Shown here: positions 14,300 through 27,617 of the stretch, piece after piece | How positions within the stretch are numbered: the first letter of the stretch is position 1 | Layout: each line of letters starts with the position of its first letter | The notes under the pieces: generated by a model | The model's database searches: none | Told to the model about the DNA's origin: nothing | The model's input: only the letters and a program-made list of their open reading frames with translations | Assembly (NCBI GenBank): GCA_012295275.1 | Contig: CM022665.1 | Location: forward strand, 6,572,001 to 6,636,000 | Reading direction: 5' to 3' | Origin: Chrysomallon squamiferum | Taxonomy: Eukaryota > Animalia > Mollusca | Length of the DNA stretch: 64,000 nt | Position numbers and translations under genes: made by a program

Positions 14300-15650
14300 A
14301 TGATGGCAACTGACAGTGCTGACCACACTGTCCAGTCTGAAAATACGAAAGAACATTTGTATAAAGTTTTAGTAATTGGAGAATTTGGTGTCGGTAAGAC
14401 TTGTACTTGTCAGTGCATAGTCGATGGTAGTGTTAAGATAAGCTGACATTATGTGAAATTATTATTTTATTTTTATTTAATGTCTCGTACATCGATTATT
14501 AATAGTATTTTTGTATTAAACATTTTTTTTATTATTATTATTTTTTTTTTTTAATTTATTATAAATTTCTTAATTTTATATTAATTTTTTTTTTTTAATT
14601 AATTAATTAATTTAAATTTATTTTTCAATATTGTTTTAAAAGTTGTCTTCAGTATTAACTTAAATTTTCGTCCAATTTTTCTTCTTTTTTAATTTTTTTT
14701 TTTCCTTTTATATATATATATATAGTGATCAAAAAATAATAAAATTAAAAATTAATAAAATAAATAAATAAACGATACAATTTAAAATTTATTATTAGCT
14801 TTATTGCAGAATACTGTATATGATTATTAAAAATATATTATTATATTATAAAAACCTAATGTATACAAATTGTACATTGATCACTTTTTGACAGCTTTCA
14901 TCTGTGTTAAAAAACAAATTCTTAAATTTTTTAAATTATTCTTTGAATTGAGAAGGGATAATAATTCTTAGGTAAAGCCTCTTTTGATGAAGGATGAAAC
15001 ATAGGATCTTATTTTCAAAATTTAAACTGAATATTAATTTTAGATTTCTAGTTTTCCTATTGTTTTTAATTAAATATAAACAAATATTTACACAATTTAG
15101 TGTTTAGCTACAGGACAAGAAAAAAACTTTTGTGCAGCCATTTATTTTTGACATGACAAAGATCAGGATAATTTAATGATAATTTTTTTTGATTTCTGCT
15201 TTGTTTTATCATTTTTTTATTTTTTTTTTATTTTTAGTTATGTTTAAATTTTTTTTTTTTTTTTTTTTTTTTTTCAATTTCTTGATCATAAATTGTTGTC
15301 CTTACATAATTATATACATTAATGTTAACAACCCCCCCCCACCAAAACCCCCAAAAAGTTTATAAAGGTGAAACTTCTGATTTTGCAGGAAAAACATCTA
15401 TAATAAAGAGATACACTGAAGGTAACATGAAATATTTGATTAACTTTCTTCTGCTTGTTAGTAATAACAAATGTTTAACCACCTTGTTCTTTACTTATCT
15501 TCCTATCTGGAAACACATGCTCAAAATATAAATAAATTTTTGATGATAATAATAATAATAATAATTAAAAAGTAAATTTTTTAAATTGAAAAAATCCCCA
15601 TAAGGTCTCATTTGTTTTAACCTCTACATTTTTCAAGCATATTTAATTTA

Positions 15651-15682
<32 letters not shown>

Positions 15683-18600
15683 TAATAATCAGTGTTAAAA
15701 ACCATAATTATCAAATTTTATTAGTATTTATCAGGATTTATGGATCATAAAACTGATGATGCTGTTTAAATCTGATTGTAAATTGTTACTTGCTGATAGT
15801 AAATAGGAAGTAAATTCAGATAACAATAGATATAATTAAATAAAGTTTGCTTGCTATCAGCAGCTGTAGTTTACTGTGACATCTGTTTCAATTAATAAAG
15901 TATTAAACAGTTTTAAAAGAGAGAGAATATTATTTTGCCATCACTAAAGTGAAATATTTTTCTGGTGGTCGGTTGGATGGAGGTAGATATTAATATTTGA
16001 ATCACTTTTACATTTGTACAACACTTCAAAGCTTATATAGCATTTCTTTTTTTTTTCTTTTTTCTTTTTAAAACTTGTTTAATGTTTTTGATAAATTAAT
16101 TTTGGATATAATGTGGGTTTGTGGTATTTGTTTAATTCTAAATTACTTGTTTTATTCAAAAGTCTATCGTCAAGTGTATACATGTATATGGGTATGGCTT
16201 TTTGACTGCAGGAAATTTAATTTTCTAATTTTGTTAATTTGCCTAACAAAAAACTAAAGAAAAAAAAATATCAGCATTTCCTTAGAAAAAATTTAATTTA
16301 CACAAAATAATAATAATAATCATCATTTTTGAGTGAAAATATCATTTTTTAAAAAGAAATACATCTTTAATAGTTGTTTGATATTCCATTGCACATGTAT
16401 GATGATCATACCCAATAATAACAAAGACATCAAAATGTGTATAATTTATTCAACAGTTTTTATGTAATTTCATTTTATGCAGGTTTTTTCTCACCAAATT
16501 ATAAACTGACAATTGGTGTTGATTTTGCTATCAAGAATGTAGACTGGGATGGAGATCTTAAAGTCAGTTTACAACTCTGGTAAACAATTGTTATACAGCT
16601 GATATTTTAGAAATTGTACACTTTTGACCGAATCGATCACATATGCTAACATCATTTATTTGGTTTTTGTATTATTTCCAGAAATGTTTTATGAATTATA
16701 TTAATGAAAGATGTTTCAAGAATCTATCAGTTTTATCAGTTGCATCTCTAAAACTATTCCATCCAATATTTTGATACTGATCTAATAAACCTTAAAGATT
16801 TAACTTGATCTGTCGTAAAAGGTAGTTCTGATTATAGAAACATTAATTATTTTTCAGCTAAATTCATTATCTTTCAAAAAAAACAATTCTAAATTGCAAC
16901 AGCAATGAAATGATTGTTTATTTAAAATAAAGTAAATTTTAGATTTCAGAAAAAATTATTTTAGTACTAACAGTAAAAACAGCTGTATATTTCATCTTTT
17001 TTTATTTTCATTTTGCAGGGATATAGCTGGTCATGAACGATTTGGTCACATGACAAGAGTTTACTACAAATATGCGTAAGTTTTTATTTATATCCAAAAG
17101 TGAACAAAACGGAAAGAACAAAAAAATGTCATAAATTTTAATTTTATTTTCTGTCTTTTATAAACAACATTTAGGTTTTACAATGAATATTTGTGGCAAG
17201 TCACCAACATAAATAGCAAATACATTTTTAAACTGATAAATAAGTTGTATCCATTTCAAATAAAATAACAGTACTTGCTAATTTTTTTACATGATTATAA
17301 TTTTCTGTTTCATATATCCTTTATTTTGTATTTTGATTTGTAAAATAAATAAATGATTGATTTTCTTAGAAAAACTATTTTAATATCTAGTAGTACAGGT
17401 AACTTTACCAAATAAATTGTGTAACTGTCACATGTGTATCCATTACTTGTGTTTTCTTTGTAGAATTGCTGCAATAATATGTTTTGATCTGTCTAGGTAA
17501 GTTAAAGAAATTTTAAATATTTATATATTATTAATGATGAAATGCAAATAAATCATTTTAGATCGCTTTTAAAAGGTATCTACTAGCCATGTTTTAATAA
17601 ATGATTTCTCATAGACAAATTAACAATGTTCTTTAAAATAATTACTTTAATTTCAGACCAGCTACATTTGACTGTGTGTTAAAAGTAAGTACGTACATCT
17701 TGATCAGTGAACTGTTTTACCAGCTACTATATTCATCATTTTTGTGAAACTGGAGTTTTTCTGTATCCCATATTTGTGGATTATAGATACTATAATTTGG
17801 AATGTAATGAAAGTAATGAAGTCTATAAAGTTATGCCAAAGTATGCATTAAAAACAGTTGGTGATTATATCAAATATAAAAAAAACACTATCACCTTTAC
17901 AAATTCACTTCCACTTGCAGTTTAACTTCAGAATGTTGATTTTTAAAATGTGATTGTAGTGGCTGAATGATGTTAACTCCAAGGTGATGTTAGCTGATGA
18001 GAAACCTGTCCCCGTCTTATTACTGGCAAACAAGGTAGATTACTCTTCTTACAATCATTAAGATTTACAGTAATCAATATATAAGAATAAATTTCATTAC
18101 TCAAATGTTGCTTATATTATATTACAGATTTAGAAAAAAAAAAAAAACCCCTAATATTGTTTTTAAGATATTTATTGTTTTCCTTTATGTAATATGCCAA
18201 ACATCCAAAGACTATGTTATTTTTGAAAAGTACATTTTAGTTTAAAACATTAATAATGTTTTTCTTCAAACTCAAACTATAATTTGAAAACTAATGTAGT
18301 CTATAAGCCATTTCTGGTTAAGTAAAAATTATATATGTTTCACAATTTAAAAACCAGTATGTTTTTCCTTATTTCTCATTTACAGTGTGATATTGAAGAT
18401 GTCTTCATTGATCATGAAATGTTGTCCAAGTTTTGTAAGGATCATAATTTTATTGGTTGGTTTCCAACTTCAGCAAAAACAGATACAAACATAGGTAATT
18501 CTGCTTCATGCGGACATTTGTCTATTAAACTGTATTTAGCATACCACTGAAAACAGTCCAATAATAATGGTTTTAATGAATGTTATAAGAAAGAACAGTT

Positions 18601-18903
18601 TAGAAACAGAAACCAAATTCGCTTGTTTCAGCATGAGTAATACAGTATGAACAAATAAAAAGTAATATACAGTATATGTTGTAAAGAAGATATTATATAT
18701 TTTATTATCTTGAGTAGATATTTCACATTTATTAATTGTTAATTTCAGAGAAAGCCATGAATTTCCTTATAGAACATATCCTAGCTCTTCCCACTGATAG
18801 TAAAAAGCCAGCAGAAAATCTTGATTTGCAGTCATCACCAATTCATGTACATGAAGCATTTCAAAATGAGGAAGACAGAAAAAGTGCCAGATGTTGCAGT
18901 TAA
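14300..18903 (+). CDS. RAB32: Rab32/Rab38-family small GTPase, 226 aa, 9 coding exons (possibly the Rab32LO paralog)
   Basis: Exons 14300-14393, 15389-15421, 16483-16579, 17019-17075, 17464-17496, 17657-17684, 17960-18034, 18386-18494, 18749-18903. All are GT-AG with consistent phases and total 681 nt. Translation contains EHLYKVLVIGEFGVGKTS (P-loop), YKLTIGVDFAIK (switch I), LQLWDIAGHERFGHMTRVYYK (the WDIAG form typical of Rab32/38/29), LLANKCD, TSAK and a C-terminal RCCS prenylation motif. Confidence 0.92.
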
Positions 18904-19385
18904 CATTTTTGTGTGTCATCACTAGTGTAATTTTACCACAAAACTATCAGTGAATGTATAAATATTATTTATTACAGGAATGCTATTTAATAATGTGAAT
19001 ATGCAATCCTTCTTCCAAACATTATTTATTAATAAAGTGGTGAATATATCCTCCATGCTACATTTCTTTTTGCTAAAATGTTTTTAACTTCTGTAACACA
19101 AATTTTGGTAAAAATAATTATCATAAAAACTTTCATTAAAGCAATTTTAAAATCTCTAAATGAGATATATCATAAAGAAGGATGTTAAAAACCTGTCATA
19201 CAGGTTATTACTGAATTCTTAGTATGAGCTGTGATAGTTTGAGTTTATGTTTGAAACCACTTACTCATATTTTGTTATTTGAAAAAAATTTCTTCAAAGA
19301 TGACATTCAGGTTGTTATTGTTACTTTTAAAAATGTAATCAATGTTTTTAAATGCTAATAGTTTGGAGAAAGTTTTATTTTTGCC

Positions 19386-19436
<51 letters not shown>

Positions 19437-20919
19437 TTAAGTGCAAAAATGAGTTAGCTATTTAGTTTAGGGGCTTGAAAATATTTTATTATAATTACTT
19501 TTTAAATTTGTTATTGTTATTTATTTAATATTATTGAAGTTAATGACTTCATGAATGCCTGTGGCACATACTACTTTGTAATTAATAATTTTTTTTTTTA
19601 TATGCATGCAGTTTTAATTAAATTATAGTTTTATTAAACAGTATGTTCAAACTATTAGTCTTGTTATTTATTAATCAAATATATTTAATAATTATTATAC
19701 CTTTCAGTAATTCCAGTACATATAAATTATATGGTAATCTTAATTTTGTTTATCTTTATTTCAGCATATCTGAAAATTATAACCTTTTCAATTTATATTT
19801 AAAAGATTTTCTTGATGTTTTAATGCTTTCTTGTAAGAAACTGTAAACCAATTTAATAAAAAAAATGTAGTGTTGTTCTTGTTTGTATTTATCTTGACTG
19901 TGTCATGAATGTAATAATCACATAATGTTTGTAATGTATTGTATTTATTACTATCTAAAATCTCAATGTGTGGCAAGAGGTCAAGGGGAGGAGAACTGGA
20001 AGAAATGAGATGACTGGACAAAAGGAAAATTATAATGTTTGATATTTATAATTATCTATTGATAATCATGGCCATCCAAACTTCACATTGGAAATAGAGA
20101 ACCATACAGTGAATCACTTCACAACTGTATTTTTAATACGATAAAATAAAACCTCTGAATTGTATCCAATTTTCAATCATTTAGTCAGGGTATATTTGAA
20201 CTTGAAAGTAACATTTTTTTTTTTTAAATATTTTTGTGGGTTACATTATCACAAATGACAAGCACAAGAAATCTGTGATGCTAGTGTCTGCTGGAGATGA
20301 ACTGAACAATATCATAGAACTAATGCATGTGGAAGAAGGTAAATTGGAATTTCAGAAAATTATCAAGGCTCTTATGTCATACTTTAATCAAAAACTTAAC
20401 TGAGATTGCCATAAATACCGTTTTAGACATGACTCAAAAAAACAGACCAAAAAGGGAAAAAACTTGGGGAGAATAATGAAAATAAAAAATGATAAAAAAC
20501 ACTGGCACAAAGACAATATTTCCATTATCTACTGACAAACATCATAATCATTTGTTTTAATAAAACAATTAAATAATTAATTAAATGATATTCATTTCAT
20601 GGCTTGTGAGAGATTTCAAATAAATTAATGCTAATGAAAATTTGTTTCATAAATATTTTAAAATTATATAACAATATTCAGTTAACATTCCCTGGTGTTG
20701 GTTATCCATGAAGCATTGGTGGAATGCACTTAAAACTATAACAACAGAAATCATTAATCTCCAAGATAATTATTAGATATTCTCCAGTTAAACACATCAT
20801 ATCTAATAATTAATTAATTAAATAATTAATTAATTTCTATTAGTTATAGTACAGTTTGAAACATTTAAATGCCTAACAGTAATTTATGAAATTACTGATT
20901 ATTTGTTAGTTGCCTCTCA

Positions 20920-23626
20920 TTACCAGTTATCAAGGAAATCGAATCCTGTTCGAGGAAGGTTGCTCTGAAAGAAAAAAGTGAAACACTTTTAGAATAAATA
21001 TTAACATTATATAAATCAAAATAAGGAAAGTGAACAAAGAAATAACAATATTCATAGTTTTTAAAATACATTAGGTCTGATTTTTAGAGTACATACAGAT
21101 ACAGTTATGAAATATAAATAAACAAAATAAAAAATGAATTTCTTAAAAGTGTTGTACAAGTCACAGAATATTGTAAATGATGTCATAAAGCTAATTTTAT
21201 TTTTGCTAAGTACAACTTGTAAAATTGTAAAATCTTTCTTATGAAACACAACAACTATTTTATAAGCTTTAATACATCTGTTTTGCAATTATCACTGGAA
21301 GAAAAGAGAAAAGAAAACACATTTTTATAATCTGCTGATTACCTCTGATTCTGTACTGGTAACAGTAACAGTGAGAATTTCTTCTTTTTCTGCTTCGCTT
21401 ATTTTTCCATGATCTAATAGATGTGTGGTATGGTCAGGTGATGTTTCAGTTGAATGGTCACTGGCTATCAGATGTGAAGCATGATCTGGAGATGATTCAC
21501 TGGAATGACTTTCATGACTATTACCTCTGTCCATTGACAGATTTGGTGGCTCATTTGTAACATAAGAAGCAGCTGAAATAGAAATTTTAAATAACATTAA
21601 TAATCCAAAATGTCACAAATCTTTTCCTTTCACTCATATTTGACTTACTTAAGCTTCAGAAATGTTTCAAATTATTCTGCATGGATATTTGTCTAAGAGA
21701 TTTTGCCAGATTTATATTTTGCAAATTAAAGAAAATACTATTATCCTATTGATTTTAGTTTGTGATGGGGACAGTAACAACTAGTTAAATTAAGGACACT
21801 CAATGGGATATTTACATTTGATTTAAAAGAGAAATCTCTGTATTTGATAAAATAATGAAACAAATTATAAAACAGAGCAGAGTTAACTATGATACCTGAT
21901 TTTTGTACATGAGATTCCTGTCCAACAAATGTGGACCACTCAGTGACTACTGCTGGGTTAGAAAATGCTTGCTTTGAGTCATCATTATCTTTTGTCAACA
22001 CTGGAGTTGTATCAATATTGTCGTTTTTGTTGAAAGACTTGGACTTTGCAATCTTCACAGGAGATTTCAGAATTTTTGATTTCTGAACTGACTGTAAAGC
22101 AAATTCATTTATGTTAGTAGACTCAGTATTTTCTAAAGATGACTGTGAAACAATGTCTTTCTGACTCTGGCAAGTTGAAGAGGCTAGATTCTGAACACTT
22201 CCTTCAAAGGCTTCATTCACCTCTTCAAGGGGGCTAGTAGACCTTGACCTTACAATTTCCTTGTCAAGGTAATTTCTAACTTCAGCCAACATTGCATCAG
22301 TCCAAGTCTCATCTTTGTAGATAAATTCTGGAGAAGCCATTTGATCTTGATCACTGACTTCTTTCGTTTTCTTTCCTTTGAGTGGAGGTTTGCCAATGAC
22401 ATCTGGTTCAAAATCATCCAGTGATAAATCCTGTTGACTCTGACAAAAAAATGTGATCAGACTGAGAAAAACTCATTTAAAAATTTGAATTTTCTACTTT
22501 AAAAGATTATTTAGGTGAAAATCGTAACAAATGTATACTTAAGAAAAGAAAAAAGTAAGAATATATATCAACTCTTTCACAGTATGATAGTATCTTTCTT
22601 CTGTTTGTAAATAACATTTAACTGAGATTTGACATTTGAAGTAACTGAAGTGATATTTATTGTAAATCATTCTTTTTTGATTTAGCTCCCAATCATCTTC
22701 AGATGTTTTTAACTCTAATCCCAAAAATTATTCTATTTTTATTGCAATCTTACTTTGCTCTTCCATGAAAATGGTCCTGAGTGTGCATCTTTCCATGTAC
22801 GCAGCTATAAAAATAAGAAATATGGTTACCCAAATGATATATTCTTTGTAGTAACATTCAAAACATGGCACAAAAATGATAAAATTATTTATAAGTTAAT
22901 GTTAACAGATAAAATTATGAACTTTCAAATTCCCTAGAAACTAGTTAGAGATTGACACACACACTCACACTGCTGAATACCACTAACTGGATATAATGGG
23001 AACCACATCAGTTTAAACCTTCAGTCAAATACACATATCAAAATAAAATAAAATTACAAAGAAAAATGGTTTTCAAATAAAATATTAATTTATTTTGTTC
23101 TATTATGTTTTTTAACTGTCAAAATGTTTCTACAGTGAAAAATAAATCTCTAGATTGTTTAGAAATGATTTCCGAATGGAGTAATCAAGGCCTTAAATAG
23201 CATCGTTGTCGTTAAACAAACTGAATCAACATAATTTGCAGCAACCGGGATAGTAATTTTTACATCCAGTTAAAAAATATTTGAGAAGAAAGGAAAAAAA
23301 TTACGCACTTATATAAAATCATCTTAATTAAAAAGGAGATAGATACTTACATCAGTTTCGTCTACCATGATCTTTTCACCCGAAGGAACCATCAGCTTCG
23401 GAAACGAACACGGATATTCATTTACGTTTGTTTGTTTGTACTTTTGTCTCGTATCTTTGTCTACGAACCAGTAATCAATTAATTCATCTTTGCTTCCTGG
23501 TGATAAACTGTCCAACCTGTCTCCTAAGTAGAATTCTAAGTCATGCACTTCTTTCGTTATTTTGCGAACGGGAAAGCTTAAAGAAGAGAAATAAGCAGCA
23601 ACTTCGCGATCCATTTCACTTGACAT
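20920..23626 (-). CDS. C1orf198: Uncharacterized protein C1orf198 homolog, about 381 aa, 5 coding exons
   Basis: Exons 23626-23351, 22804-22754, 22439-21896, 21572-21343, 20964-20920 (1146 nt, phases consistent). Motifs YFSSLS..RKI, FPKL..PSGEKI, TWKDAHSGPFSWKSKSQ and terminal PRTGFDFLDNW* match recalled human C1orf198 (YFSSLSPMARKI, TWQDEHSAPFSWETKSQ, KTGFDFLDNW). Confidence 0.88.
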
Positions 23627-23909
23627 TTCTGAACTAAAATGGAGTTATCTCTGGTTAATTATATGTCTACAATAGAGTTACTTCTCTTCGACCGCAGCTC
23701 TGTACATGAAATAAAACGTTTTAAGCAATAACTAATCAGTTGTGAGGGGAAAACAGACTAAGAAGTCATTATAAATAAGAAAAAATAAAAATAGGCCAAA
23801 CATAAGTAATGAACTCCTTCCACAAAATAAATTAAGAAAAAATAAATAGAGCTGTTGGATAGAATTAACCGATTACTGTTATTTACGAATATCTTAAAAT
23901 TTAAAGGAT

Positions 23910-24221
23910 GGGCCATTCTGTGTCAAATTACCCCCCCCCCCAAAAAAAAAAATCCTTGTCATATTGCCTTTTCAACAATACCAATTTTATGAAGATTGGC
24001 CCAGTAGTTCCTTAGATATGAGGGTTCAAATGTTGGTGGTCACGCCCATTTTTGCCCAAAATCTCAAAATTCGGTGGGCCATATCTCCCACACCACTGGT
24101 CGGATAGGGCTAAAATTTCAGATTTGGTGCTGTGGGATCCCAGTCAACAAGTGTACCAAATTTCATAAAAATCTGAGACGGTCGGGTTTAACCCATTGGG
24201 TGATTTGACACGGAATGACCC
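23910..24221. mobile_element. 312-bp non-autonomous DNA transposon (MITE), Sola2-like termini
   Basis: 24-bp TIRs: left GGGCCATTCTGTGTCAAATTACCC (23910-23933) versus reverse complement of right GGGTCATTCCGTGTCAAATCACCC (24198-24221), 3 mismatches. Flanked by a 4-bp direct repeat GGAT (23906-23909 and 24222-24225). GC-richer than its flanks. GRG...CYC ends with a 4-bp TSD fit Sola2; the superfamily call is inference. Confidence 0.85.
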
Positions 24222-25142
24222 GGATACATCTGAAGTGATTTTTGAAACATTTAAGATGTATTAAAGGTATGATTCTTACGAAACTAATGTTATAAACAGG
24301 TTAAACAGAGAAACGTTATATTTTAAGAATAAAATAATTTGTTTTATAATATGATTCTCAGCAATAGGAAAATATTAAGTTCATTATTAAAATCTTTTCT
24401 TTTAATTTTTTAATTAATTGTATAATTACTTTCAACTCACTTGAATATCGTTAAGTATAACAATGTAAATTAAAACTTCTTGTTGTATTTAAATATATCT
24501 GCTTCAGTTACTTTATGTTCTGAGTTTTTTGCTCTTTTTTCAGGTTTATGCTCAGTATTTTGTACAGAATAAATGTGTGTTTGTTGATGGGTACTTTGAT
24601 CCACAATTCAAAATGTAAAAAAGAAATACATTTTTTTCCAAAGTTGTACTTAGACCTTTGTTATTAATGGTACAAGAATTTAGCCTCTGTTTTTAATTGT
24701 ATTAATATAAGAAACTGGAAAATTTTGTGTTGCCTTGTAATATATAGTATAATTTTAAAAATCATCTTCATCTTGCATTATCTTTTTCATCAAAAATATT
24801 CTCTAAATAAAAACAAACTATTATGATCAGTTTTATTTTATTTCCAAATGGAACTTTGAATATGACAGTTCCAGTTATTACATTAATAAATGATAACATA
24901 TGATGTCAATGTATAAAAAAAAAGTTTCAGATACATCTGGATATAGCATAATTATATCCATGTTCTGTCTATAAACACATCTAGAATTACCAGTGACATA
25001 TTACATTTTATTGCACAACCTATCTGTCCATACACACTGCTCTTCATCCAAATCATATGACTTTTTTAACCATACATCTGAAGCTTAGTAATCATATCTT
25101 CTAAAAGAAACATCAACTATATATTGTGAAACAAAATAAATG

Positions 25143-25894
25143 CTATTTTTGTGATGCTAAGTTTTGAACAGTAGCAGCAGAGTCAGACTGTGTCATTTGA
25201 TATTCTTGAAACCTCTGAGAGATTCTTTGAGTCATTTTTAAGTATTTTTCCAAACAGTTTAAGGCACAGGTGTTCTGAAACAAAAATAATGTTTTATAAG
25301 TTATAAATAATTCACAATAAAGTACTTTAAATGTTTTATAAGTTATAAATAATTCACAATAAAGTACTTTAAATGTTTTATCATATATCATAGACTAATG
25401 AATTTAATTACATAGATAAATAATGCACTTGACTGCTTTCTTAAAAATTCCAGGAAATTTACAACAGTAAGATTATAAAATATTTTTTTATAAATCATAT
25501 TTAGATTACTTCTTTTATCCCAAAATAAGACTGTAATATGAAGTAAACATTGTGAAAGAAATAATACAAACCTCTGAATCTAATATTTTTCTTGTTGTGA
25601 AATCATTGACACAATCCATAAAGCACATTTCTGATACTCTGTTGTATGAAGCTAGAAACTCTTGAAACTGGAAAAAATAAAGAGAAGACTTATATGATAC
25701 AGAAAAGAAAAATTAGTGTGGTCATTTTATAACAAAATTTTACAAAACAATTTCTGGTTCCAGATTACATGTTTATATATTGTTAGTATATTTATAATAA
25801 AAATAAAATGAGATATTAATTTAATTTGTTTTACTTGTTTTACTGTACTTTCTGGATCCAATTGAAAAGGTTGTGGTACTGATGCTGATGACAT
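25143..25894 (-). CDS. TIMM9: Mitochondrial import inner membrane translocase subunit Tim9, 95 aa, 3 coding exons
   Basis: Exons 25894-25835, 25667-25572, 25274-25143. Protein: MSSASVPQPFQLDPESTVKQ|FQEFLASYNRVSEMCFMDCVNDFTTRKILDSE|NTCALNCLEKYLKMTQRISQRFQEYQ... with twin CX3C motifs (CFMDC, CALNC) and the Tim9-typical KYLKMTQRIS.RFQEY. A likely 5'UTR exon ends at 26784 (donor GTGAGT) and splices to the acceptor before 25917. Confidence 0.95.
25288..25381. repeat. 42-bp perfect tandem duplication (about 2.2 copies) in a TIMM9 intron
   Basis: Unit aatgttttataagttataaataattcacaataaagtacttta at 25288-25329 and 25330-25371, plus a partial third copy. Confidence 0.9.
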
Positions 25895-26783
25895 TTTCTA
25901 TTCTAAGAAACAGTTCTCTGAAAAAATAAAAATAAAAATAAAAAAAATAAAAATTATATAAACATGAGTACATATGATATGTGTATGTTTGTGTGCGTTT
26001 GTGTGTGTGTTGAAATAAAATAAGTATCCTCACAAAAATGTGACATTTTAAACAACAGGCACTGATTACTTCTGTCAAAGATAACTATGTACAGACATCA
26101 TGTTTATAATAAACATGCAAAGTTACAACACCAACAGTAACAAAAAAATAATAAATAAATAAATAAATAAATATTTAAAAAATCAAAATATAAGAAAAAA
26201 TATTAATAAACATTAACAAATAAATAACGGTAAACTGCACGACATCTTTATATTACAGGCCAAAATAATTATTAAATGTGACGTTTGGATTACTGGCCAA
26301 AACGGAAAAGGCTTAAACTCAAAGTCATGGTAACCCGAGAGCACAATCTGAATCTTGTACAAGTTGTAGCCTGTGCATGTATCTAGCTTGAACTTCAAGT
26401 GAACATGAGATCAGTATGTCATTAAACTAGTTTGTAAAAAAAATAAAGAACAACTACTAAATTTAATATTGCTTTATAATTCTGAAACCATTTGATTTGG
26501 CATGGGACTTGTAATACATACTGAATCACATGATCTAAGCTCTACTCGTTGCGATTACATCTAATCCGAGGAACTGTCACGATCATTGCTGTAACTTTTA
26601 GACACAATCAGATTAGGACTAGGAGTCTACTTATATCAATTTGTTGTTATTTCAGTTATATCCAGAGTACATTTATATTTAAAAAAAAAATATTAGAACA
26701 AAGATGCTATTTTATTACTTTCATTATTATTTTATACCTTTTTATTATTATTATTATTTAGACTGAATATTTGCATTACTCAC

Positions 26784-27100
26784 ATGTTCATACATGCAAT
26801 TTTTTACAGTCCGAAAATCGTTCTCTAGTCACCGCGACATAAACCAAGCTTTTTCATTGGTGAATGCCTGTTGTCGTAATAAAAAACATTGTTATAAAAT
26901 TAAAACACATGTTTTCCTTTTGGAAAATGTGATTACAATATTTTATAACTAACACATAAACATATAATTAGTTACCATAGTATATTAATAATATTACGAC
27001 AGAACTAATTGGCCAATCAACAAACAGATAAGGTGTCTTTGACATTCTTTGCAAAATGGCCGCGGGAATGTGAAAACTTATAATGGTTACTATGTTAAAC
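26784..27100. promoter_or_regulatory. Putative bidirectional promoter shared by TIMM9 and TALPID3
   Basis: CpG-retaining patch between divergent genes. CCAAT boxes in both orientations (ATTGG near 26856, ATTGGCCAAT near 27008-27017) and YY1-like AAAATGGCCGC (27053-27063). Partial RFX X-box-like half sites (GTTACCATAG near 26971, GTTACTATG near 27086) are weak. Confidence 0.55.
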
Positions 27101-27617
27101 AACTTGGACTGATTCTGACATACACAGTTATTAAAAATATTTAAAGTAAAATATATGAACTTGTTATTATTTTATTGTATCTATTTTATCTTTCCGATGT
27201 GTATTAAAGAGCAGTATGCATTGGCTAAGTGTCATCTCCAGTATTAATTTACTAATTGGGCTTAGGCTACTTAATTTTTTAATCGCACTTGTGAGAAAGT
27301 ACAAACGACTGACTGGCAGAAGTAATGGAAGAAATAAAAATATATAAATATCAATATATTGTCTATAACCAAATGAAGTCATTGGTTAAGCCGAAATTTT
27401 AGGAAATTATTTGAAATTTGAAATAATGTGTAAATTATCTAGTAGTTATGTCTTTTATGTCAAGTGTTAATTCATTTTAGAATTATTTTAACTAGTCATA
27501 TTTTTTCATTGGTAATTAAGCAGACATATTATTTGCATTAATAACATATTAATTAAATACCAAATAACTTTTTTTGTTTTTTCTTCTATTTTCAGCTTTC
27601 TTGTAAGTCCTGGAAAA

